64,000 nt of DNA from Gemmatimonadota bacterium (GTDB lineage Bacteria; Gemmatimonadota; Gemmatimonadetes; Palauibacterales; KS3-K002). Below the pieces are notes generated by a model. That model was not told where the DNA came from, ran no database searches, and saw only the letters and a program-made list of their open reading frames with translations. This document shows, piece after piece, positions 29,006 to 39,132 of this stretch. A program made the position numbers and the translations under genes. Position 1 is the stretch's first letter. Each line of letters starts with the position of its first letter. The stretch covers positions 78,798 through 142,797 of the forward strand of contig JBDHJS010000015.1 of NCBI GenBank assembly GCA_039586795.1, in the 5' to 3' direction.

Positions 29006-29622
29006 TCCTGTTCGACTGGATCTTTGGGTGAAGCGACGGCAGCCGGCGATGGTGCGGCGTCCCCGGCTCGCCTACGCAACCAGGCGACTATGATGAGAAC
29101 CGTGAAGGCCAGCGATGTTACAGCCACGGCAATCAGCGGATGTCGTTCGTACAACCGCGCGAGTCCTTCTCCCGATAGAACGAAGAGAACGGTACCCGGA
29201 AGAATTCCGATGGCTGTGGTCCAGAGGAATGTGCGGCGATTGCAGGAAGTGAGGCCGAGCCCCCAGTTGAGTGCGGTGAACGCAATAGCGGGTATGAGGC
29301 GGGCGATGAGGAGGCCCGGCCAGCTCGCTGCGTTAACGACCCCGTCGATCTTGTCTATCGCGGCGTCGGGAACGAATCGACAGACGAGCGGCCTCCCAAA
29401 GGCACGCGCCAGCTCGAAGCTCAGTTGCGCGCCGATCACGGCACCGGTCCAGGTGATGAGTATGCCGGCGATCGGGCCGAATAGCATGCCGTTCATCGCG
29501 GCGGGTATCTCAGCTGGAATGGGAAAGACAGCGACGCCGGCCATCAGCGCTACGGCAAGCGGATATCCCCACCCGCCGAGGCCGTGCACCCAATAGCCAA
29601 TCGACTGGATCAGCTCGTTCAT
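29002..29622 (-). CDS. TVP38/TMEM64 (VTT/DedA-like) membrane protein
   Basis: NGMLFGP, ARLIPAIAFTALNWGLG, GILPGT. Confidence 0.85.
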   Translation of the reverse strand: MNELIQSIGYWVHGLGGWGYPLAVALMAGVAVFPIPAEIPAAMNGMLFGPIAGILITWTGAVIGAQLSFELARAFGRPLVCRFVPDAAIDKIDGVVNAASWPGLLIARLIPAIAFTALNWGLGLTSCNRRTFLWTTAIGILPGTVLFVLSGEGLARLYERHPLIAVAVTSLAFTVLIIVAWLRRRAGDAAPSPAAVASPKDPVEQE

Positions 29623-29770
29623 GCGGTCTCCACGGTGCCTGAGGTCCTCTTAGAGTAACCTTTACGTCGCCGTCCGCCATTATGTGTCAGAGCTTGGTGG
29701 AGCGAGACCGGGAGCGGAGCGGCAACCTTTGGTGCCTGAGTGGCGTCTAACAGGATGATTGAGGGTAGAA

Positions 29771-29800
29771 TGAAACCCCTCGGTCTGTAGAGACGTAAGG
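29771..29800 (+). promoter_or_regulatory. ECF-type promoter
   Basis: TGAAAC-N17-CGTAAGG, with the identical motif at 44794-44823. Confidence 0.65.
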
Positions 29801-29804
29801 GATC

Positions 29805-30010
29805 TTAAGGGCAGTCCAATACGTTTTTGTAGTAGAGTCGAACAGACGGAGATCCGAAAGGAGCTTTGTACATAACAGTAGGGCCATGAGCGCCGCAGCT
29901 TAGCATGGGCGCTCGATCCTCCACGCCCAGCCGACACTGGGCACTCCTACCTACGGAGTCCTACCTTACTCCGCAATTGGGAAAAGGCCGGCGAAGCCGG
30001 CCTTTTTTTT
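29805..30010 (+). ncRNA. Candidate small RNA (~200 nt)
   Basis: Plus-strand promoter and plus-strand T8 terminator between two minus-strand genes; no convincing ORF; several hairpins; 5' end estimated. Confidence 0.5.
29982..30010 (+). terminator. Intrinsic terminator (bidirectional, stronger on +)
   Basis: aaaa-ggccggc-gaa-gccggcc-tttttttt. Confidence 0.9.
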
Positions 30011-30028
30011 AATCGGAAGTATCGTGAG

Positions 30029-30448
30029 CTACGTGGGGTCTCCGCGTTTGAACCGTTCCAGTTCGCGGCGTTCCTTCTTCGTGGGTCGGCCCTTGTCGCG
30101 AAACGAATATGTAGGTGCGGCCTTTCGGTGGGCCCGCAGCCGTTCACGATTCTCCAGGCTCTCCGGGGTCTCTTCGTAGAGCTCGGCCGCCTCTCTGGCA
30201 GAGCGCCGCTTCTCCGACAGCCTGACGACGACCAGCTGAAACTCGATGGGGCCCTTGCGAATCCGGACGCGGTCGCCGGTATGGAGTACGGAGGATCGCT
30301 TGGCGCGGTGGCCGTTGACCTGAACCTTGCCGCCCACCACGGCTTTGGCGGCGAGGGAGCGCGTCTTGAAGAAGCGAGCTGCCCAAAGCCACTTGTCGAG
30401 GCGAACCTTGTCGGTTCCGAACTTGCGGTCAGGGGTTGTCTCCACCAT
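30029..30448 (-). CDS. hslR: Ribosome-associated heat shock protein Hsp15 (S4 domain)
   Basis: VRLDKWLWAARFFKTRSLA, LYEETPES, GRPTKKERR. Confidence 0.93.
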   Translation of the reverse strand: MVETTPDRKFGTDKVRLDKWLWAARFFKTRSLAAKAVVGGKVQVNGHRAKRSSVLHTGDRVRIRKGPIEFQLVVVRLSEKRRSAREAAELYEETPESLENRERLRAHRKAAPTYSFRDKGRPTKKERRELERFKRGDPT

Positions 30449-30645
30449 GCCCCAATCGTCGTATCTGGGTGGGTTTGGCGCAACGCCTGGGGGCTTCCCC
30501 GAAACAGCCAAACCGCTCATCTTTCCAGCCTCCAGACCACTACGACCTCGAATGGTCCAGTTGGCGGCGACAGTCGTGTGCGACGGGTGAGTGCGCCCGC
30601 CGCCTTGCCAAACATGGACCAGGCCTCAACCACGGTGGTGCCGCA

Positions 30646-33600
30646 GTGAAATTATCCGATACCTCCATCCGGAGGCCGGTGCTCACGACGATGATGAGCG
30701 CCGCCCTCATACTCTTCGGCGCTATAGGCTATCTACGGCTGTCGGTGCGTGAGTACCCGGATGTCGACCCGCCGATCGTCTCCGTCACCACGGTTTTGCG
30801 GGGAGCGAACCCGCGGGTGATGGAGTCGGCAGTGACGGACATTCTGGAAGAAGAGCTGAGCACGATTCCGGGGCTCAGAACGTTGACCAGCTCGAGCGCC
30901 GAGCAAGTGAGCAACATCACTCTGGAGTTCACGCTGGAACGGGATATTGAAGCTTCGGCGCAGGATGTGAGGGACAAGGTGTCCCGTGTGCGTGGGCGGC
31001 TTCCACAGGAAATCGAAGAGCCGGTAGTGACAAAGCAGGACGCTGACGCGCAGCCGTTCTTCTGGTTGGCGCTCACAGCGGAGAACTATGATCTGCTACA
31101 ACTGTCGGACATCGGCGATCGCATCGTGAAGTCGCGGTTGCAGACGGTGCCGGGAGTTGGGCGAGCGCAGATTTTCGGCGAGCGACGCTATTCGATGCGG
31201 ATTTGGCTTTCGCCGGCGGAGCTATCGGCGCGAGGGCTAACCGTACAGGACGTTGAATCGGCGATCCGAAGTCGGAACGTAGAGATTCCGGCGGGAAGAA
31301 TTGAATCCGAGCGTCGGGAGTTCACGGTTCGCTCATTGGGCGAGCTGAAGACGCCGCAGGAATTTTCAGATCTGACGGTGGCCAACCAGAACGGTCAGCT
31401 AGTCAAGATTAGAGACATAGCGCGAGTGGAGCTTGGCCCGGAAAACGAGCGCAGTCTTCTGCGGTACAAGGGTACGCCGGCGGTAGCGGTGGGTGTGGTT
31501 CGGCAGTCGAAGGCGAATCTGATCGAAGTCTCCGACGCGATTCGGGCAGAGCTTCCGGCGATTAACGATGCGTTGCCGCCGGGCGTTGACCTGGAGCTCG
31601 CTTTTGATTCATCGGTCTTTGTACGTCGCTCCATTCAGGAGGCACAAGAGACGCTGTTACTGGCGGCTGGGTTGGTGGTGCTGATCATCTTCGTGGCGCT
31701 AAGGAACATCAAGGCCACGATAATACCTGGCCTGGCGATCCCGACATCGATCATCGCAGCGTTCGGCGCGATGTACTTCCTTGGCTTCTCGATCTACAAT
31801 CTGACACTACTCGCGCTGATACTGGCCATCGGTATCGTGGTGGACGATGCGATCATCGTCATGGAGAACTCGTACCGTCACCAGGAAGAACTTGGCGAAG
31901 ATCCGACGACGGCGGCGATGAAGGGGACGAGCGAGATTGCGTTTGCCGTGATCGCCACCACAGTAGCGCTGGTTGCCGTCTTCTCGCCGCTGGCGTTTCT
32001 GCGCGGTACGACGGGCCGCCTGTTCAACGAGTTCGGAATCAGCATGGCGGTGGCGGTAGTGATTTCGAGCTTCGTCGCATTGACGCTCACTGCAACGGCG
32101 TCCGCGAAGATTCTCCGGGTGCCGAAGAGCCATGGGAAGGTTTTCATGGCATTCGAGCGCGGTTTCATCGGAATGGCTGAGGGATACAAGAACGGTTTGG
32201 CCTGGGCGATGAAGCACCGCTGGTGGATAGTCGGAGGTGCGGTCGCCACGGTCGGCCTGGCAGTTGTCGTGTTCGGCACGCTGAAGCGCGAGTTCGTGCC
32301 GCCCGAGGATAGGGGCTGGTTCATGGTGATCACGATCGCGCCTGAAGGAGCGACGCTGGACTATACGGATGGCTACCAGCAGACGATCGAAGGGATATTG
32401 GGCCGGACCGGTGACATCGAAGCCTATTTCAGCGTTCTCGGTTTCGGTGGCCGGGTGAACAGTGGGATCATTTTTACGCGGCTGGCCGATTGGGAAGACC
32501 GCGACAGGTCGGTGCAGGAGATCATCGGCGAGATCCAGCCGCAGTTCTTTGCGATTCCCGGCGTGTTCGCGTTCGCGAACAATCCTCCCGCTTTCGGCTG
32601 GGCGAGCCCGGTACAGTTTGTGGTCAGGCACCCCGACTTCGATTCGCTGGCCACAGGTATGGATAGACTCACAATGCGAGCTCGCCAGATCCCGGGACTG
32701 ATCAACGTCGATACCGATCTCCGGGTGAACAAACCGGAGTTGACCGTACGCTACGACCGGGATCGAGCCGAGGATCTTGGCGTTGAAATTCGTGATATCT
32801 CGTCGACTCTGCAAACGCTTCTGGGTGGGCGCCGCGTGTCTACGTTCACGCGGGCGAACAAGTTATACGATGTAATGGTGCAGCTCGACCGACCGATGCG
32901 AGCGACTCCGAGCCAGATGGAGGGGGTCTATGTGCGTGGCCGAGACGGAGCCTTGGTCAAGCTCGACGCAGTGGCGCATGTCGAGGAGGGCGTGGGTCCC
33001 CGGCAACTTAATCACTTCAATCGGGTCCGCTCGTTCACGATGTCGGGGAACTTGGCTCCCGGCTTCACGCTTGGCGAAGCGCTCGATTCACTAAGTGCCG
33101 CGGCAGCAGAGGTGTTGCCGCGGGGGAGCACGACGGCGTTGGCCGGCGAATCTAGAGAGTTGAATGAGAGCGGCAACGCGCTCTACTTCGCGTTCGTGCT
33201 GGCTCTCGTGGTGGTCTACATGGTGCTGGCCGCGCAGTTCGAATCGCTGATCCACCCGTTCACCGTGTTGTTATCCGTACCGCTGGCCGTGACAGGGGCG
33301 TTGCTGACGCTGCTACTGGCGGGATCGACGCTGAATCTGTACAGCCAGATCGGGATGATTCTGCTCATCGGAATTGTGAGTAAGAACTCCATCCTGTTGG
33401 TGGAGTACGCGAATCAGCTCAAGGCGAGGGGAATGAGCGCCGCCGAGGCGATGCTCGAGTCGGGCCGCATTCGGTTGCGACCGATCCTGATGACGGCGAC
33501 GGCGACGATCATCGGCGCGATGCCGATTGCGCTGGGTCTCGGGGCAGGATCAGCGAGTCGGCGACCGCTTGGCTACGCCATCGTTGGCGGACTGTTCTTC

Positions 33601-33714
33601 TCGACGCTGTTAACTCTTTTCCTGGTGCCGGTCGTGTACGTGTTGCTGGATGCGCTGAGAGAGCGCGTCGGAAAGCCAGCGCCGGCACTCGAGACGGCGG
33701 AAGCTGAAGGCTGA
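30646..33714 (+). CDS. RND efflux transporter permease (AcrB/MexW-like)
   Basis: SIRRPV, VREYPDVDPP, IGIVVDDAIIVMEN, KNSILLVE, RLRPILMT; start set at GTG 30646. Confidence 0.95.
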   Translation: MKLSDTSIRRPVLTTMMSAALILFGAIGYLRLSVREYPDVDPPIVSVTTVLRGANPRVMESAVTDILEEELSTIPGLRTLTSSSAEQVSNITLEFTLERDIEASAQDVRDKVSRVRGRLPQEIEEPVVTKQDADAQPFFWLALTAENYDLLQLSDIGDRIVKSRLQTVPGVGRAQIFGERRYSMRIWLSPAELSARGLTVQDVESAIRSRNVEIPAGRIESERREFTVRSLGELKTPQEFSDLTVANQNGQLVKIRDIARVELGPENERSLLRYKGTPAVAVGVVRQSKANLIEVSDAIRAELPAINDALPPGVDLELAFDSSVFVRRSIQEAQETLLLAAGLVVLIIFVALRNIKATIIPGLAIPTSIIAAFGAMYFLGFSIYNLTLLALILAIGIVVDDAIIVMENSYRHQEELGEDPTTAAMKGTSEIAFAVIATTVALVAVFSPLAFLRGTTGRLFNEFGISMAVAVVISSFVALTLTATASAKILRVPKSHGKVFMAFERGFIGMAEGYKNGLAWAMKHRWWIVGGAVATVGLAVVVFGTLKREFVPPEDRGWFMVITIAPEGATLDYTDGYQQTIEGILGRTGDIEAYFSVLGFGGRVNSGIIFTRLADWEDRDRSVQEIIGEIQPQFFAIPGVFAFANNPPAFGWASPVQFVVRHPDFDSLATGMDRLTMRARQIPGLINVDTDLRVNKPELTVRYDRDRAEDLGVEIRDISSTLQTLLGGRRVSTFTRANKLYDVMVQLDRPMRATPSQMEGVYVRGRDGALVKLDAVAHVEEGVGPRQLNHFNRVRSFTMSGNLAPGFTLGEALDSLSAAAAEVLPRGSTTALAGESRELNESGNALYFAFVLALVVVYMVLAAQFESLIHPFTVLLSVPLAVTGALLTLLLAGSTLNLYSQIGMILLIGIVSKNSILLVEYANQLKARGMSAAEAMLESGRIRLRPILMTATATIIGAMPIALGLGAGSASRRPLGYAIVGGLFFSTLLTLFLVPVVYVLLDALRERVGKPAPALETAEAEG

Positions 33715-35015
33715 TGATACTAGCGCTGATTGCGTTGTTGCAGATCGCGGCCACGGATCCCGGGCCAGCGGTCGTCGAAGACACGATACCGGAAGTAACG
33801 CTCGAGGAAGCGTTACAGGCGGCGGCGATGCTGAATCCCGACTACATCGCCGCGCTGGGCCAGATCGACAACGCCAAGTGGGGCCGTCGAGCCGCGATCG
33901 CGGTATTCGTGCTGCCAGCGGTTGCTGTTCAGACCTCACTGACGAAGGCAACGGATCCGTTCTTCAACATTGGAACGGGCGGTGTCTCGGCGCAGATCGT
34001 CGATGCTCAACTGGTGGCCTCCTATGAGCTGTTCAGGGGAGGCAGCAAGTTCTTCGAGCTCAGTCGAACTCGTGCCGAACTCGAGAGCGCGCAGGCCAAC
34101 GAATTACAAGCACGTTTCGCGATGGCCGTTTTGACCGAGTCGGACTACTACAACGTGTTGGCCGAGAAGGAGCTTACACGCGTTGCTGGCGATCGCGTGC
34201 GGCGCGCCGAGCAGCAGCTTTCCGTCGCCCGGGCCAGGGTATTGGCCGGCGCCGCGGTTCAGACGGATTCGCTTCAGCTGCTTTTCGAACTCACGCGTGC
34301 GCGGGTCGATCTGCTGCGGCAAGAGACTCTGTTCCGCGTATCTCAGGTCCAGTTAGGGCGGCGAATTGGATACCCGGGTCCGGTCGACGCAGCGCCGCTC
34401 GATACGGCTCCCATGCCGGCGCTGCCGATCAGCGAAGATAGCGCAGTTGCCGAGGCGCTGGTCCAGGGCCCCGACTACCTCAGGGCGGTTGCTGACGAAA
34501 AGGCGGCGAGTGCGGCAGTGAAGACGGCACGGGCCAGATACCTTCCGTGGGTCAGCCTGTTCGGGTCGTGGCAGGCGTTCGACGAGAAGTTCTTCCCGAG
34601 CGCGACATCTCGGACGCTGTACGGTTTCCGGGTAGAGCTACCCGTCTGGAACAACGCGCAGCGTGAGATTGCGGCCACCCGGGCACGGGTGAATCGCGAT
34701 GTCGCGCGGGCTGCCATGAGGGATACGGAATTCGCGGTGCGCCGCGATGTTATTCAGGCCTATCAGGCGTACAACACGGCTCGCGCTGCGGAGGAGTTGG
34801 CCCTGCAGGGTGTGGTCGTTGCGCGTGAGAATCTAACGGTGCAGGAGACACGATACAGGGCCGGCGCGACGACGATCCTTGATCTACTCACGGCGCAGGT
34901 GTCGCTGACAGAAGCGGAGGCAGCGGCGGTGCAGGCAAGATACGCGACGCTTCTGGCCCTGGCGGGCCTAGAGGCAATCTTGGGACGACGACTCTTCACC
35001 GATCGAGGGTACTGA
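33714..35015 (+). CDS. TolC family outer-membrane efflux protein
   Basis: VTLEEALQAA, duplicated OEP repeats, RYRAGATTILDLLTAQ; 1-nt overlap with the permease. Confidence 0.9.
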   Translation: MILALIALLQIAATDPGPAVVEDTIPEVTLEEALQAAAMLNPDYIAALGQIDNAKWGRRAAIAVFVLPAVAVQTSLTKATDPFFNIGTGGVSAQIVDAQLVASYELFRGGSKFFELSRTRAELESAQANELQARFAMAVLTESDYYNVLAEKELTRVAGDRVRRAEQQLSVARARVLAGAAVQTDSLQLLFELTRARVDLLRQETLFRVSQVQLGRRIGYPGPVDAAPLDTAPMPALPISEDSAVAEALVQGPDYLRAVADEKAASAAVKTARARYLPWVSLFGSWQAFDEKFFPSATSRTLYGFRVELPVWNNAQREIAATRARVNRDVARAAMRDTEFAVRRDVIQAYQAYNTARAAEELALQGVVVARENLTVQETRYRAGATTILDLLTAQVSLTEAEAAAVQARYATLLALAGLEAILGRRLFTDRGY

Positions 35016-35017
35016 GA

Positions 35018-36082
35018 GTGAAAGCTCGTGTTGTGATAGCAGAACTGCTCGCCGCCGCCATGGTGGCGTGCTCGGGAGCCGAGTCCAACAGTGGTGGCGC
35101 GGGCGAAGGCGGTGGACCGCCGCCGGGTATGCCCGCCGAGGTAGCCGTCGCTCTGCTGGACACTGTGGTCGATGCGATCTTCTTGACCGGCGGAATCGAA
35201 GCCATGCAGTCAATCGAACTCCGGCCCGAGGTCGATGGCCGCCTTGTTGACATTCTGATCCGCGAAGGGGCTGAGGTTGGCGCCGGTACCGAGCTCTTCA
35301 AGGTCGACGATGCGGAGGTTCGTGCTCAAGTAACACGTTTGGAAGCCGAGCGTGACCTGGCGCTGCAGGCGCTCGAGCGCACGCGGGAGCTGATTGATCA
35401 GAACGCGTCGTCCGAGGCAGATCTTGAACAAGCCGAGGCGAACTTTCGTGTGGCAGAAGCTCAGTTGGCGCTTCAACAGCTGCGTCTTGAAAGAACGACG
35501 GTGCGGGCGCCGTTTGCGGGGTTGGTCGGCGAGAGATTCGTTAGCCTTGGCGACTACGTGAGCACGTCGACGCGCCTCGTCACGCTGCAGACTGTCGATC
35601 CACAGCGCGCTGTCTTTCAGGTGCCGGAGCGCTATGCCCACAAGCTTGATATCGGGCAAAGCGTAAGTTTCAGGGTAGCGGCGTTTCCAGACGTGGAGTT
35701 CGAAGGGATCGTCGATTTTGTTGACCCGCTGGTACAGCTTCCGGCAAGAACCATCCTGGTCAAAGCCGAAGTGCCGAACCGGCGCCGCGAGTTGAAGGCC
35801 GGGATGTTCATCGAGGCGCGTCTGGCGACCGAGGTTCGACCCGATGCCGTTCTCATCCCGGAGGACGCGCTGCTGCCACTGCAAGGAGCGACCTTCGTTT
35901 GGGTGGTCACCGAAGAAGGGACGGCGACGAGGCGGCAGGTGGAGATCGGAGTGCGGGTGCCAGGCTTCGTGGAGATCCTGGCTGGCGTGACGGTCGGGGA
36001 GCAAGTCGTGGTCGGCGGGCTCGAGCGTCTATCGGAGGGTGTCCCGGTGATGGCCACCGTGGTCGAGCGCACGCCCGGTTGA
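35018..36082 (+). CDS. RND efflux periplasmic adaptor (MFP), lipoprotein
   Basis: Lipobox MVAC-S, LRPEVDG, TVRAPFAG, LKAGMF, GEQVVVGG. Confidence 0.93.
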   Translation: MKARVVIAELLAAAMVACSGAESNSGGAGEGGGPPPGMPAEVAVALLDTVVDAIFLTGGIEAMQSIELRPEVDGRLVDILIREGAEVGAGTELFKVDDAEVRAQVTRLEAERDLALQALERTRELIDQNASSEADLEQAEANFRVAEAQLALQQLRLERTTVRAPFAGLVGERFVSLGDYVSTSTRLVTLQTVDPQRAVFQVPERYAHKLDIGQSVSFRVAAFPDVEFEGIVDFVDPLVQLPARTILVKAEVPNRRRELKAGMFIEARLATEVRPDAVLIPEDALLPLQGATFVWVVTEEGTATRRQVEIGVRVPGFVEILAGVTVGEQVVVGGLERLSEGVPVMATVVERTPG

Positions 36083-36118
36083 GTGGTCGGCGGCCGGTCT
36101 CGTGGAAAGGATACAAGT

Positions 36119-37012
36119 ATGTACGCCGTAGTTGGAGCGACCGGAAACACCGGAAGAGCTGTCGCCGAAGCGCTGCTGGCAGCGGGGAAGGATGTCACCG
36201 TAATCGGACGCAGCGAGAAGCGGCTGAAGTCGCTGGTGGACAAGGGCGCGGAAGCGTACCTGGGGTCGGTGGAGGACGCGCAGGCCATGTCTCTCGCGTT
36301 CTCCGGTGCCGTTGGCGTCTATTGCATGCTGCCGCTGCGCTACCATGCCGAGGACGTCCGCGCCTATCAAAGGATAGTAAGCGAGTCGCTGACTTCCGCC
36401 GTCCACGAAGCGGGAGTCCAGCACGTCATATTTCTGAGCAGTGTTGGCGCGCATCTGACGGAAGGGACGGGGCCGATCGCCGGTTTGAGGGAAGCGGAAG
36501 ACCGGATGGGGAGCCTGAACAAAGTGAACGTGCTGAGTCTTCGTCCAGCCTGGTTCATGGAGAACTTCTATTTCAGCATGGAAATGATTCGCAGTATGGG
36601 CATGGTTGGAACCCCGGTCGTGGGGAGCATGCCAATGCCGATGATCGCAACTCGCGATATCGGTGCGTACGCAGCCGAACGCCTTGTCGCCTTGGATTTC
36701 GAAGGACTGGCGACTCGAGAACTGCTGGGTGCACGTGATGTGTCACTCAACGAGGCGACCCGCGCCATCGGAGCGGCGATCGGGCAGGATGATCTTCAAT
36801 ACGTGCAGGTCCCGTTTGAAGACTTCAAGCAGGCATCGCTCGCGATGGGCATGAGCGAAGGAGCGGTGCGTGTGTTCACGGAGATGTACCACGCTTTCAA
36901 CGATGGGATCGTTGTCGCAGAAGAAGCGCGTTCGATAGACAATACGACGCCAACGACGATAGAGGTGTTTGCCGGGGCGTTCGCTGAAGCGTACGCAGCG
37001 GCTAGCGGCTGA
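36119..37012 (+). CDS. NmrA family NAD(P)-binding protein
   Basis: VVGATGNTG, FLSSVGAH, LRPAWFMEN, MIATRDIG. Confidence 0.88.
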   Translation: MYAVVGATGNTGRAVAEALLAAGKDVTVIGRSEKRLKSLVDKGAEAYLGSVEDAQAMSLAFSGAVGVYCMLPLRYHAEDVRAYQRIVSESLTSAVHEAGVQHVIFLSSVGAHLTEGTGPIAGLREAEDRMGSLNKVNVLSLRPAWFMENFYFSMEMIRSMGMVGTPVVGSMPMPMIATRDIGAYAAERLVALDFEGLATRELLGARDVSLNEATRAIGAAIGQDDLQYVQVPFEDFKQASLAMGMSEGAVRVFTEMYHAFNDGIVVAEEARSIDNTTPTTIEVFAGAFAEAYAAASG

Positions 37013-37098
37013 TCGTCGGCGTTCGCCGGAGATCAAACTGGCCCTCCAGCGCTAGAGCGCTGAAGCGCCAGCTCGTGAGGGGATGTCGGCGCGCGCGA

Positions 37099-37710
37099 CT
37101 AACCGCGGGCGGCTGCGTAGCGATCAGCTACCGCTACCCAGTCAATTACGTTCCACCACGCAGCGATGTAGTCGGGTCGTCGATTCTGATACTTCAGATA
37201 GTAGGCATGCTCCCAGACATCGATTCCGAGTATCGGCGTGCGTCCTTCGAGCAGCGGGCTGTCCTGGTTCGGCGTGCTCTCGACGACCAGCTTGCCGGCA
37301 TCCACCGAGAGCCAGCCCCAGCCGCTACCGAATCGAGTGGCTGCCGCATTGCTCAGCTGCTCCTTGAGGCTAGCGAAACCGCCGAGATCGGCTTCGATAG
37401 CTTCTGCCAGGTTTCCGCTCGGCTCACCGCCACCGTTTGCGCTCATGATCGTCCAGAACAGAGAGTGATTGGCGTGGCCGCCGCCATTGTTACGGACAGC
37501 TCCCTTGATGTCGTCGGGCACTTCCTGGAACCGACGGAGTAAGTCCTCGACGCTGAGCTCGGCAAGCTGTGGGTGCTTCTCCAAGGCGCCATTTAGCTTG
37601 GCAACGTAACCGGCGTGATGCTTGCCATGATGGATCTGCATCGTCTGCTGGTCGATATGAGGCTCAAGCGCGCTATGGTCGTAGGGCAGCGGGGGAAGCT
37701 CGTATGCCAT
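37099..37710 (-). CDS. sodA: Superoxide dismutase, probably Mn-type
   Basis: [28 protein letters not shown]. Confidence 0.95.
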   Translation of the reverse strand: MAYELPPLPYDHSALEPHIDQQTMQIHHGKHHAGYVAKLNGALEKHPQLAELSVEDLLRRFQEVPDDIKGAVRNNGGGHANHSLFWTIMSANGGGEPSGNLAEAIEADLGGFASLKEQLSNAAATRFGSGWGWLSVDAGKLVVESTPNQDSPLLEGRTPILGIDVWEHAYYLKYQNRRPDYIAAWWNVIDWVAVADRYAAARG

Positions 37711-37873
37711 TGAAAACCTCCTGATCAAGATTGGGGCGACTATTGCCAGTAATAGTGTGACATATTGTATAGCGACCCCGTATTGCGTCGCAATCAGCCC
37801 GCTTGCGTGGCTGCCGCGTCGCGGGTCATGTTGATGTTAGGAGGTCAAGACCACTCAACGCAACGAGGGTACA

Positions 37874-38239
37874 ATGCTTTTAGGTCTCAGAACCGTGGCA
37901 TACCAGGTGGAGGACCTCGATAGGGCTAAGGAGTGGTACTCGAAGGTCCTGGGCTTCGCTCCGTACTTCGATGAGCCGTTCTACGTTGGATTTAACGTTG
38001 GCGGCTTCGAGCTGGGGTTGCATCCCGCTGAGCAGGACACGCCACTTGGGGCCGGAGGGACCCTGGTCTACTGGGGAGTCGATGATATCGAGTCCGTGGT
38101 CAAGCGGCTCGAGGAGTTGGGCGCACCGATCCACAGCGAGATCCAGGACGTGGGCGATGGGATTCTGGTCGCCTCGGTGATCGATCCATTTGGTAACCTG
38201 CTGGGGATCATTCAGAATCCACACTTCAAGATCGAGTAA
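37874..38239 (+). CDS. VOC/glyoxalase family protein
   Basis: DLDRAKEWY, GFELGLHP, YWGVDDI, DPFGNLLG. Confidence 0.9.
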   Translation: MLLGLRTVAYQVEDLDRAKEWYSKVLGFAPYFDEPFYVGFNVGGFELGLHPAEQDTPLGAGGTLVYWGVDDIESVVKRLEELGAPIHSEIQDVGDGILVASVIDPFGNLLGIIQNPHFKIE

Positions 38240-38256
38240 AGGGCGACGAAGCGCCG

Positions 38257-38907
38257 TTACGGCGTCCAGGTCCAGAAGGTAGGTCCGATCCGCAGGTTGT
38301 GAAGCCACTCCGCTGGCCACGATGCGCGCAAGAGCACCGCCAGCCAACCGTGGGAGATGGCCAGCGTCAGAAGGTTGGGGTTTCGATAGAACAGCAAACA
38401 CCAGAAGAACCCTCCCACCGCAGTTACCAGAGCGAGCGCCAGATTCGGCCAATGCGCGACGCCGAAAAGGATCCCGGTTAGCGCGGCGGCAGTCAGCGCG
38501 TTGTTCGTCGAGGCTCGAAGCCTTCGGAAGGTGAACGACTGCATCGCGTATTGCTGTGCTAGCCCCCATAACGGATAGAGGAGGATCGCTTGCACAATTC
38601 CCGGGCGCGATGCCGGTGCCTGACCGACCAACAGACCGATTATCACCACGATGATCGCGCCGAGCAGTGTCGCCAACCCGACCTCCCTGGCTGAAACCGC
38701 CAGGTTATCGATTCGAAGTCCCAAATCTCGCCAGCGATCACCATGTAGAAACGCCGATGCGAACGGGATTAGTACGATGCCGGCCATAACCGGCACACGA
38801 ATCCAGTCATTTCGAGTCGGCTGGATCACCCAGATATAGAGTAGCGCGAGTCCCACGAAGAGCAGCGGCTCCACAGCGTTCAGCAATCTCCTGTTGCTCG
38901 CACTCAT
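38257..38907 (-). CDS. CPBP (CAAX/Abi) family intramembrane protease-like protein
   Basis: Multi-TM; QQYAMQ at the EExxxR position, FGVAH, AISHGW; AGGAG RBS before ATG 38907. Confidence 0.75.
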   Translation of the reverse strand: MSASNRRLLNAVEPLLFVGLALLYIWVIQPTRNDWIRVPVMAGIVLIPFASAFLHGDRWRDLGLRIDNLAVSAREVGLATLLGAIIVVIIGLLVGQAPASRPGIVQAILLYPLWGLAQQYAMQSFTFRRLRASTNNALTAAALTGILFGVAHWPNLALALVTAVGGFFWCLLFYRNPNLLTLAISHGWLAVLLRASWPAEWLHNLRIGPTFWTWTP

Positions 38908-39132
38908 CAGGTTGTTCTCTCCTGTCGACGCTATCTTGGGCTTCAGCTTGGCATGTGATCTGCGCATCAACTTAGATGGACAGCCACTAATAGTGTGTTA
39001 TCGTGCCAGGGACGCAACGTTTCGGCGCGGCCGAATGTGTGGCATAGATCACACGTTTGCGGGAAGCTTGTCAAGGCGCTATATGTAATGGAAGCAATCA
39101 CAGCGTATCCCCGCATCCCAGGAGTTCCCGCT

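Noticed and set aside
28559..29596. 345-aa plus-strand ORF
   Set aside because: Antisense shadow of the DinB and TVP38 genes; no motifs
29905..30012. 35-codon ORF inside the candidate sRNA
   Set aside because: No RBS and it reads through the terminator hairpin
30436..30645. N-terminal extensions in the ORF track (RND here; also rho, sqr, ETF-QO, helicase)
   Set aside because: The extensions are not family-like; downstream starts fit the homologous N-termini and/or an RBS
31807..32814. 335-aa minus-strand ORF
   Set aside because: Antisense to the RND permease; expected in GC-rich DNA
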